From Azolla caroliniana (Eukaryota; Plantae; Polypodiophyta), in assembly GCA_043228905.1 (NCBI GenBank), contig JBHGNT010000005.1, positions 11,842,001-11,906,000 on the forward strand: a stretch of DNA of 64,000 bases, in the 5' to 3' direction. Both the position numbers and the translations under genes were made by a program. Every line of letters begins with the position of its first letter. Position 1 is the stretch's first letter. Positions 1 to 10,049 of the stretch are shown in pieces. The notes under the pieces were generated by a model. It had not been told where the DNA came from, ran no database searches, and saw only the letters and a list, made by a program, of their open reading frames with translations.

Positions 1-860
1 GGAGTACTTACTGGAGGCGCATTATGTGACTCCCTTTGAAAAGGTTTTGCTACCACTGAGGCATAGGTAGGCTCGGATCTTGCCCTCGGCATCTGAAATT
101 GTCGTTCCGAACGTCGCTCGAAGAGGCGGTTGTCACATCTTACCGCTCGACTGATTGCTTCTGTTAATGATTTTGGCTCTTCAGGGAAAGTCAAGAGTAA
201 ATCCTTGACATCGTTGCGTAGACCATAGCGGAACTGCTCCATCAATGCTTGATCATCCCAGGGGATATCGGCGGCGAGTAGGCGGAAATCTGCAGCATAT
301 GCGGAGGCTGGACGGTCACCTTGGCGTAATCGCCGGATTTTGTTGATTGCAGTCCTTATGCTGTCAGTATCTCCAAAACATGCTTTAAACTCACTTATGA
401 ATTCTTCAAAATTATTTAGTACTGGAGATTCCTTTTCTAGTAGCGGAGCGAACCATGCTAATGCTGAGCCATTTAACAACGTGCCTACTAAACCCACTCA
501 TGATGCATCGGTGGGATATCGGGACGGATGCATTTGAATAACTAACCGTACCTGGTTAAGAAACCCTCTAAACTGCGATCGCGTTCCATCGAACTTCGTG
601 GGAAGGCCAATCTTGGGTTCTTTATGAATCCCTTGTGCTCCGTGCCCTTGTTGTTGCATTGCTACGATGGTTGCTTCGAGTTGTTGCACGCGTAACGCAA
701 GTTCCCCATGCTGTTGTTGCGTTTGCTGCTTTTCTAAGGAAATTTGCTGAAGATCCCCCAACAAGCGTTGATTTTCTTGTTCCAAAGCATGAAACTTCTC
801 TTTCAAGCATTGAAATTCCGAGAAAACGGATTGATACTCTTCAGCGCTAACGGTGGCCAT
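1..860 (-). pseudogene. gag: gag (retrotransposon capsid, PEG10/LDOC1-like PTKFDGTRSQFRGFLNQ motif), premature stop at 498-500
   Basis: ORF 498-860 plus an in-frame continuation that matches gag of the element at 14053-15093. Confidence 0.85.
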
Positions 861-1093
861 GGGATGAAGGAAAAGGGAAATAAGAGACTAGTAGGAAAGG
901 AGGGAGGCAGAAGGAAGAGGGAGAGAAAAGACCAGACAGGCACCCCAAAATCGGTTCAAACTGTCAGGAACTCTATTAAGGCAGAGAAGGAATTAGTACT
1001 AAAAGAAGGATTAGTACTATTGTTGGGGAATAGTACTAAGATAGAGAAGGATTAGTACTATGAGAGGTGTCGAACTTTGAGAGAAGGAATGAG

Positions 1094-1094
1094 T

Positions 1095-1130
<36 letters not shown>
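1094..1130. repeat. (GA)n microsatellite inside LTR
   Basis: Direct reading. Its length varies among LTR copies (10141-10177, 15376-15403). Confidence 0.9.
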
Positions 1131-1134
<4 letters not shown>

Positions 1135-1424
1135 TGATGCGAAAGATATATGTATTATATGAAGGAAGATATACAACAGTAGTTAGAAGGCTTAAGACTG
1201 GCGTTGAACCGATTTGGTTCGAACTAATGCCTTGCGCCTCCTTTTATAGTGTCTTCAGGAATACTCCTGAAGTTTCTAGAATGTTCCAGAGAAATCTGGA
1301 ATATACATCAATTTCCCAATAAAACCTAAATGAAAATAATATCCTTCAAATTACAATTCATAACCTAATGGTAAAGTCTCGACCCGTGTAACAAAAGGTT
1401 ATGGGTTCGAGTCTAGTTATGACA

Positions 1425-2065
1425 GTAGCTCATTAGCTATTCTAGTAGCTAATTAGCTATTTTAGTATCTTATTAGCTATTCTAGTAGCTAATTAGCTAT
1501 CATGGTAGCTACTAGACCAACTAATTAGCTACTACTTAGGTAACTGGCTACTCTCAATAGCTACTATCATGGTAGCTAATTAGTTGTCATGGTAGCTAAT
1601 TAGCTATTCTAGTAGTTAATTAGCTATCATGGTAGCTAATTAGCTGGTCTAGTAGCTAATTAGCTATCATGGTGGCTAATTAGCTATCCTAGTAGCTAAT
1701 TAGCTATCATGGTAGCTAATTAGCTTTCCTAGTAACTAATTAGCTATCATGGTAGCTAATTAGCTGGTCTAGTAGCTAATTAGTTGTCCTAGTAGCTAAT
1801 TAGCTGGTAATAACGAAATTAGCTATCCTAGTAGCGCTAATTAGCTGTCTTGGTAGCTAGTTAGCTATCATGGTAGCTAGCTAGCTATTTTGGTAGCTAA
1901 ATATCTGGTAGTACCTAAATTAGCTATTGAGAATAGCTAATTAGCTATCATGGTAGTAGCTATTGAGAGTAGCCAGTTACCTAAGTAGTAGTTATCCTAG
2001 TAGCTAACTGAGGTAAATGTAACTGATAAGCTAATTAGCTTTTCTGCTAACTAAGCTAATTAACT
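1425..2065. repeat. Array of ~20-bp units built on the perfect palindrome TAGCTAATTAGCTA
   Basis: Many copies of tagctaattagcta separated by tcatgg/ttctag/tcctag spacers. Confidence 0.9.
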
Positions 2066-2108
2066 TTCCATGTAGAGTCAAAACAAATGTTGAGATAAAT
2101 GTAAATAC

Positions 2109-2753
2109 CTAAGGTACATCAAGAAGATGAATGGGATGCTCCTCGTATTGATTTCTTCCAACATGTTTCCTGCATAAATCCTTTTTATTGGGTGAAACCC
2201 TACTCTCATTAGTCCAAAACATTGTGATTACATCCTTGATTTCAAATGTTATGGGTGTCATTGGCTTACATCTTGTAATTAGCTTTAGTAGACTAGTTCC
2301 TTCACCCGAGGAAATCATACGGTTCATTGTATTGTACATTGTTTTTCTACTAACACCAATTACCTTAGATAGCTCACTGATGTTTATATCATCAACATCA
2401 CTATTAAGTAACATCATTAGACTAGACCTTTTTAAGACAAGATCATCTTCTGACCTACTCATGGATACGAAACTATTACGAAGATTATTTACTAAAATAG
2501 ATGATATGTTTGCATTAAGACCATCACAATCAACTAAGTCCTTTATCGATGGATCATTACATATTCCATAAAGTACTACCTTCTTTTCTTCATTGCTGAT
2601 GTGCTTGGTTTGAACATTGAAATAGTCTACAACCTTTCTCTCTATGATGGTAGTCGCATTACTTACATTCTCAGCTAAACTATCCTTACCTTTACTGAGT
2701 GTGGCTTTCGTATCCTTCAACAATTGACGATGTTTCCTTTTTTTTCTGCCCAA
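2109..2753 (-). pseudogene. Transposase-like exon (FWTNESRVSPNKKD...EEHPIHLL), ends TAG (probably from CAG) followed by a GTATTT splice donor
   Basis: 214-aa ORF with an HTH-like segment (ISELSKVIGVSRKTMY). The motif resembles the F-x-x-x-x-SR-x-x-P-x-KKD block I recall from Sola transposases (by-eye recognition). Confidence 0.45.
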
Positions 2754-3169
2754 TAGTTTCGTATGGCTTGTTGTGTCCTGATAGCATCATCCCTATCCTT
2801 ATGATCATTGAGGGGTAATTCTAAACACCCTTCTTCCCCTTCCATTTGGCTGGACATATTAAAACCCTAAATTTCCAGAAAAAAAAACAAGTATTAAAGA
2901 TGGCTATGGGCAACAACAATACACAAAAATATTCCACAATACACAAGATAATCAATAGACAGAAAAGTTATTGCAATCCAAGACCGAACAGTAGAGGAGT
3001 TCACTCCGTTGGATCGAACAGTTGAGGAGGCAATCCAGGACCGACCAATGGCGACAACTGAGTGTACAATGTTGTCGTTGGATGAGTGAACTCCGTCAAA
3101 TCGAAATGTGGAAGCAATCCAAGACTGGACAGTAGCGGCAACTGAGTGTAGAATGATGGCAATGGAGGA

Positions 3170-3658
3170 GAGAACCCTGTCAGATTGAACAGTTACCAAT
3201 GATGCTTGGAACGCACAGAGACAACACCTGAGAGTAGAGTGGCACAGAGAAGAGAACCCCGTCAGATTGAACAGCTCTTTGATGATGCTTGGAATGCACA
3301 GTAGTGGCCCCTGAGTGTAGAGTGGCATAAAGAAGAGAACCCCGTCAGATTGAACAACTCTTTGATGATGCTTGGAACGCACAGTAGCAGCCCTTGAGTG
3401 TAGAGTGGCACAGAGAAGAGAACCCCGTCAGATTGAACAGCTCTTTGATGATGCTTGGAACGCACAGTAGCGGCCCCTGAGTGTAGAGTGTTACAGAGAA
3501 GAGAACCCCGTCAAATTGAGCAACTCTTTGATGATGCTTGGAACGCACAGTAGCGGCCCCTGAGTGTAGAGTGTTACAGAGAAGAGAACCCCGTCAAATT
3601 GAGCAACTCTTTGATGATGCTTGGAACGCACAGTAGCGGCCCCTGAGTGTAGAGTGGC
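3170..3658. repeat. 83-bp tandem repeat, ~6 units
   Basis: gtgtagagtg recurs at ~3316, 3398, 3481, 3564 and 3647. Units 3481-3563 and 3564-3646 are identical. Confidence 0.92.
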
Positions 3659-4413
3659 GGCAGGTGGACTCGATAGGGTTTAGCAATAGTGGTAGCAACT
3701 AACCCACAATACTCAACTAGAGATGGCCTACGTGATGTGGCAAAGGATCATGCATAATGGACCTAGGAATTCAATATATAATTTATGGTACACATTTATG
3801 GTGCAGATATCAATTTATGTTGCACGTTTATGTTGCACATTTATGGCACTCATTTACATATGTAATTAAAACACTCTAGTATTTTCAATGGTAGTTTTTT
3901 GCATAGTTAATTTATTAATGATGGCTTTTTACTAATATGACTATTTATCAATGATAGCTTTTTGCATAGCTAATTAGCTATGTCACGGACATAGCTAATT
4001 GTTTCCACTCTCATGCTTTCACCCAAGTATAAATATGACTTAGGGCAATCATTTTATATATGTGGTTAAGGTTGTAGTTGTAACTGTTGTGCAGTTAGAG
4101 TGACAGAGAGGGAGAGAGAGATATAGAGCGATACTCTGTTGTAACCACTGCCTGGCAAAGATACAGAGCTCGAGGTCGTTGCCTACGAGTCTCTGATTGT
4201 ACCCCTTCTCTTCATAGTGATAGTTCGAAGTCTGTGGGCTCCCCTAGTTTTTCCCTATTAGGGTTTTCCACGTAATAATATTGTGTTCACTCACTCTTTA
4301 GTTCCCATTTCTGTGTTCTCCATTCTCATCGAAGTGTTCAAGACTTGGTTGTCGCCGAGCAATATTCCGCGCTATTTCTCGACAAACTCGTATCAAAGCT
4401 AACAACACAGGAA

Positions 4414-7400
4414 ATGGAAGAATCGTTCGGCGCATGTTCAAGCTCACCGGCTCCAACTACTCAGTGTGGAAGTCGAAGATGAGGGACATGCTCGTGGTCA
4501 AAGATCTTTGGTTTCCGGTTTAGTTCGGGGACAAGAGACCGAACAAGATCGACACCACAGTGTGGGAGGTGATGCACATGAAGACGACGGCATACATCCG
4601 GTGCTTCATCGACATGAGTTTGTACAACAACTTCAATGAAAAGAGAAAGGCTCATGACCTTTGGGAGAAGATCGACATTATGTTTCAAAACAAAAATGTT
4701 GTTAATCGGGTTTCGGTATTCCGGAAGCTAGTAAGACTCCGGTACCAAGATGGCTCCAGTATGGCAGAGCACATAAATGCCTTCCAGGGACTAATACATC
4801 AGGAAACCTCATTGGAAGTATCCCTCGCCGATGAGGTACTTGCTCTACTTCTGCTCGCTTCCCTCCCGGATAGCTGGGAGATGTTAGTTGTCACGTTGGG
4901 CAATGTCGGGCCAGAAGGAAAACAACTATCCCTACCAAGAGTCAAGTTGATCTTGCTGGATGAGGAGGCACGTCGGAAAGACAAGGAGGTGATCTCCGAC
5001 GCCAAAACCCTCCTTACCGAATCAGAACGCGGAAGACAAAGGAATCGGAGTCCCTAGAACCGGGAAAACTTGGAGACAGGGTCAAAGTCAAGGGGGAGGC
5101 CCACTTGCTTCTATTGCGGCAAGCCGGGGCACTTCCAGAAGAACTATCGGCATTTCCGGAAAGACAAGGGAACCAACAATACCGATTCGAAGAATTCACC
5201 GGACCGAAACGGTTCGGATCAGCCAAGCTTGGACTGGAAGGGAACAATGGCGATCACGGCAAGTGAAGAGGAACTAATGCTCATCACCGAGGAGAGTGAG
5301 TTGAACCTTGTTGGCGACGAGACAACGTGGGTTGTCGATTCTGAAGCGTTGTTCCACCTTACCCCAGACCGGAAATGCTTCTCATCCTACACATCCGGTA
5401 GGTACAACTATGTGCGGATGGGGAATGAAGGTACATGTTGAATTGTCGGGATAGGAAACGTGTGGTTGACGACACCAACTGGATGCAAGTTGCTATTGAA
5501 GGATGTCTGACACGTTCCGGAGGTTCGATTGAACCTAATATCAGCCGGTCGGCTACATGATGAAGGCTACACGGGTAGCATCCAGAACGGAGTCATGAAG
5601 TTCAGCAAGGGGAGCCTAATAGTGACTCGGGCCCGGAAAGTCAACACATTGTACCTGATGAATGCCCGGTTATGCCGGGAAGAAGAAGTGAACGTTGCTT
5701 CCGACACTATCGGTGAGTTGTGGCACAAGAGATTGTGTCACATGAGCGAGAAGGGGATGAGAAGTCTTACCGAAGATAATCTCATTCCGGTGAAGGACGT
5801 GCATCTTGAGAAGTGCACCAACTGCCTGGCCGGTAAGCAAAACCGAACCTCCTTCCGGTCAAGACCATCGATGAGACGGAATGCACCACTGGAGCTGGTG
5901 CTTACCGATGTGTGTCAAGTGGACATGAAGTCACATGTCGGATCACAATACTTTGTGATGTTCATAGACGACCACAGTCGGAAGCTGTGGGTCTCACCAT
6001 TGAAGATGAAGGATTAGGTGTTATCTATCTTCAAGCAGCTCCATGCGAGAGCGGAAAGAGAAACCGGTCGGAAGCTGAAGGCGGTTCGAGCAGATAATGG
6101 AGGAGAATACCAGGGGCACTTCGAGGAGTACTATCGGTCGAAGGGAATCCGGCTCGGGTTTACTATGCCAAACACACTGGAACTAAACGGGTTGGCCGAA
6201 AGGATGAACCGGACCATAATGGAAAGATTCTGGAGCCTTCTCACACATGCCAAGTTACCCAAGAAGTTTTGGGGCTGAGGCGCTGACGACGGTGACCTAC
6301 GTGATAAACAGATCACCCTTAGTACCCTTGGGAGGAGAGTCACCTCAGAAAGTATGGACCGGTAAAGATGTATCTTACCAGCATCTGAAGGTGTTCGGGT
6401 GTCTCGCTTACGTGCATGTGGCGAAGGACAAGAGAGTAAAGCTGGATCTGAAGTCCCAGCAATGCATATTCCTTGGATATGGCGATGATGAGTTCAGTTA
6501 TCGGGTGTGGGATTTGCTCGACAAGAAGGTGTTCAAGAGTCGGGACAAGACAGGACCATTCTCAACTGGGAGTCGGAGAAGAAGATGATCAACACCGGAT
6601 CATCCAATGAAAACCGGTTTGCGGACACAAGGACCTACCCGGTTGAAAACCGGATGTTGGCCGGTAATCGAATGACCCTCGACAAACCAGCCGGATACGG
6701 ACAAGAAACCGAACCAACCGAAGAAGAAGAAGAAGAAGAAGAAGAAGACACCGGAACTAGACAAGACCCCAAATCAGATTTGGATGAGGAACAAACGGAG
6801 GAACCGGCAGTCAGAAACCAGGGATGGAGATATCCTCTCTAAGAGAGAAGAGCCCCCCGGAGATTTCCGGATGCAGAGCATGTGTTGCTAACCGACGAGG
6901 GGGAGCCAGAAAGCTTCGCAAAAGCAAAGGGAGACACCCATAGCTGCAAGTGGTTGAGTACCATGCAAGATGAGATGGATTCCCTACATGAGAACCACAA
7001 ATATGAACTGACGAAGTTGCCAAAAGGGAAGAGAGCACTCCGGAACAAGTGGGTGTACAAATTGAAACCGGGAGATGCCGGAAATCCACCCAAGTATAAG
7101 GCCCGAATCGTGGTGAAGGGCTTCCAACAAAAGAAAGGAGTGGATTTCGCTAAGATCTTTGCCCCGGTAGTAAAGATGACATCCATCCGGACGTTATTGG
7201 GCATAGCAGCAAGCATGGACCTCGAGGTAGAGCAACTAGACGTCAAGACGGCATTCCTACATGGCGACCTCAAAGAAGAGATCTACATGGACCAACCAGA
7301 AGGATTTGAGAGGAAAGGGAAGGAGCACCTGGTGTGTCGGCTGAAGAAGAGCCTATACGGATTGAAGCAAGCCCCCCGACAATGGTACCGGAAGTTCGAC

Positions 7401-7434
7401 TACTTCATGACTGACCAAGGGTACCACAAAACGT
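4414..7434 (+). pseudogene. Copia gag-pol, 5' part (gag, zinc knuckle, protease WVVDS, GAG-pre-integrase, integrase, RT start)
   Basis: ORF fragments 4560-5057, 5070-5441, 5529-6017, 6018-6278, 6247-6588 and 6882-7434 ([32 protein letters not shown]), with stops and frameshifts. Confidence 0.9.
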
Positions 7435-7656
7435 TGTCATGCCTTTCGGATCCGGATCGTTGCGTGAGTTGGGTGGGAACCACTGAGGTTTTGGACTAGG
7501 AGAAAGAAGAATACAATATAAGGCTAGTTATGAATAGGTAGAAAGAGAAGTAAGAAATAAAAACTTATGAATCCCACATGTTTAGTGTATTTAGTCAATA
7601 TTTAGATTGTAAGAAAGAGAATTTTTATGATAAACTCGTGAATCCCACGAATATAT

Positions 7657-9259
7657 TGTGGTGTGCATGTGTTCTTTTGTGCCACCCTTTTAGCTCACCC
7701 TTTTTAGGATGCATGTGCTAAAAGGGTATGTGAAATCCACATAAGAGATCAAAATCAGTCTACTTGGCTTCTTACTTCTTAATCAATTTATAGTTGATAC
7801 AACGGAACCCATTTGGGTTGGCTTGGCTAAACAGGGTGTGCTAAAAGGGTGGGTCAACTTGAGCACACGCATCCTAAAAAGGGTGAGCTAAAAGGGTGGC
7901 ACAAAGGAACACATGCACACCACATTTCCCCCCTGTGAGAAATAAGAGATTGAGGGGCATGAACAAGAACAGGACATGTACATGAACAGGAACAAGAACA
8001 AGAACAAGAACAATGGCTTGTTGAAGGAGGGGGAGCATCTGATAGCAGGTTTCAAATGGAAATCCATCAATGATTCTAGTGCGAGGCGAGGGTTACACCC
8101 ATAGAGTGCTCGAAAAGGGTTGATTTATGCAGCCATCTCGTGTTTGAGGGTCTTGTTGAGGCTTTCGGTGAAGATGGCGTGGGGATGTAAACATCTATGG
8201 ACACGTAGTTGAGGTGCAACGACGTTGAGGACATCCCCGTGGAACTGTTGGCCTTGATTGTTGGACGGGGCTAATGATGGAAAACGAGCTATCAATCGGC
8301 GAATAGAGATCAATCACTCCCGTGGACTGAGGGCCACCTGGACTTTGCTGAGGTGGGGGACAGGAGGGCTATCGTGTCATCTCGGAGGGGGATCGAGGAA
8401 AGATTATATGGCGACGAAGATAAATCGCTCCTGTGGACTGAGGGCCACTTGGCCTTTGCTGAGGTGGGGGACAGGAGGGCTATCGTGTCAGAGGGGGATC
8501 GAGGAAAGATCATATGGCGGCGGCGAAGATCAATCGCTCTTGTGGACTAAGGGCCACCTGGACTTGGCTGAGGTTGGGGACAGGAGGGTTATCGTGTCAG
8601 AGGGGGATTGGGGAAAAGATCATTTGGCAAAGAAAGATCATTCACTCTTGTGGTCTAAGGGCCACCTGGACTTGGCTGAGGTGGGGGTCAGGAGGGCTAT
8701 CGTGTAGGAGGGGGATCAGAGAAACTCATGGGACAAGAAGTTAATGGGCAACCTAAGGTGAGGGGGAAGAGTTGGTGGGGCAAGACATAAAAGTGGTGTG
8801 AGAAAGTGAGAGAGTCTAAGGTGAAGGTGTAGTGGGCTTACATGCTAGAGAGGTATAGGTGGCGATCGCCAAAAAAGGACTTGGATGGAGGAAGCGGTGG
8901 ATATCGGGAGGCCTAACTAGTGAACTAAGGTGGTAATAGAAGAGATACTACTACAAGAGACTTACAAGAGTGTCGATGATGGTGGCAAGGGCGATGCTAC
9001 CTACGAAGCGGAAGAGGCGGATGCTTGGATGTGGGGGACTGGTATCCCGCTTCTCCACCAATATGTGAAATGCACATAAGAGATCAAAACTAGTCTACTT
9101 AGCTTCTTACTTCTTAATCAATTTATAGTTGATACAACGAAACCCATTTAGGTTGGCTTGGCTAAACAGGGTGTGCTAAAAGGGTGGGTCAACTTGAGAA
9201 AACGCATCCTAAAAAGGGTGAGCTAAAAGGGTGGCACAAAGGAACACATGCACACCACA
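7657..9259 (-). mobile_element. Small non-autonomous LTR element (TRIM/LARD-like, element D); 196-bp LTRs 7729-7924 and 9064-9259; extra 72-bp inverted U3 copy 7657-7728; TSD ATAT
   Basis: Absent from the sister LTR (22881-22910). TSD ATAT at 7653-7656 and 9260-9263, PBS TGGTGGAGAAGCGGG (tRNA-Ala-like) next to 9064, and PPT AGGGGGGAAA next to 7924. Confidence 0.85.
8307..8720. repeat. ~110-bp tandem repeat, 4 units, inside element D
   Basis: gtggactgagggccacctggact...gggggacaggagggctatcgtgt recurs four times. Confidence 0.9.
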
Positions 9260-10049
9260 ATATTAGATTGATCAATCCTTGTAAAAATAATCAACATCAT
9301 ACATCTTTCTCTCCTCCTTATATAAGGATGGAAGAGGCTAAGCATAGCTTCATGGTTTTTTCTAAAGTGTTCATTGCACACTAAATGTGCATGAGTTGCT
9401 TTTTACACTATGCTTTAATTTCCTAAATATAGTGCTCATGCTCGCTAGATGTGCACGAGTAATTTTTTATTGGTGTACATTTTTCTTATAAATAAGGTAT
9501 TCACGCATTCTAAAAAGGCATGACTTACCTTTTAATAAAGGTCTTATACGAATTAAATCTATATTTAGAACACTTAGGATAAGTTGGTAGAATGGTAAGG
9601 TTGGGGTATGTCTATGTGGAGGTACAGGGTTTGAATCCTGCCCTATGCATGTAACAATCTTTTCTTCTATTTATGAATTTGTCTCTTCATCCGGTGAGAG
9701 ACTCTCACCGGCCTTCTTTATCCGGCTCTTGCCGGTTCTACTTGATCCGGTTCTTACCGGGTCTCCTTACCGGGTCCTCCTTGCCGGTTCCTCCTTCATC
9801 CGGTTCTCACTGGTTCTCCTTATCAATTCCTCCTTCATCTGGGTCCTCCTTACCGGTTCCTCCTTGTCCCATCCGGAGGAACCAAAATGCAATTTTCACG
9901 TAGTGTGCGAATTACACTACGACACTCGCCCCCTCCAAACCCTCACATCCTCCGGTATGTGCCGAAGTTCCCGATGCTCATTATTCGCCTTCATCCATAG
10001 AACTCTCCGATTCTCCCCTTATGTCGACTACGAGTTGAAGTCCACTTTC

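Larger units (their letters stand above)
1..1424 (-). mobile_element. Tcn1-like Ty3/Gypsy chromovirus, 5' portion (element K); 5' LTR 962-1424; continues beyond window start
   Basis: LTR begins TGTCATAAC and ends CCTGACA on the minus strand. It is homologous to the LTRs at 10050-10470, 15287-15693 and 46144-46578. gag follows at 860. Confidence 0.9.
1425..4024 (-). mobile_element. Putative DNA transposon (Sola-like); right terminus ...CTTTCACCC at 4024; left end beyond window
   Basis: Transposase-like exon at 2109-2753, the same TAGCTAATTAGCTA motif near the terminus (3967-4000), and an abrupt junction into the middle of a Copia LTR at 4025. Confidence 0.45.

Noticed and set aside
1425-2065. 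CRISPR-like appearance of regularly spaced palindromic repeats
   Set aside because: Spacers are only ~6 nt and recurrent rather than unique. The context is eukaryotic and there are no cas genes.
2894-3548. ORFs MRSKHHQR... on the minus strand
   Set aside because: Artefacts of the 83-bp tandem repeat (not a multiple of 3), with no recognisable domain.
8258-8744. Overlapping ORFs in element D
   Set aside because: Translations of the 110-bp tandem repeat in shifting frames.
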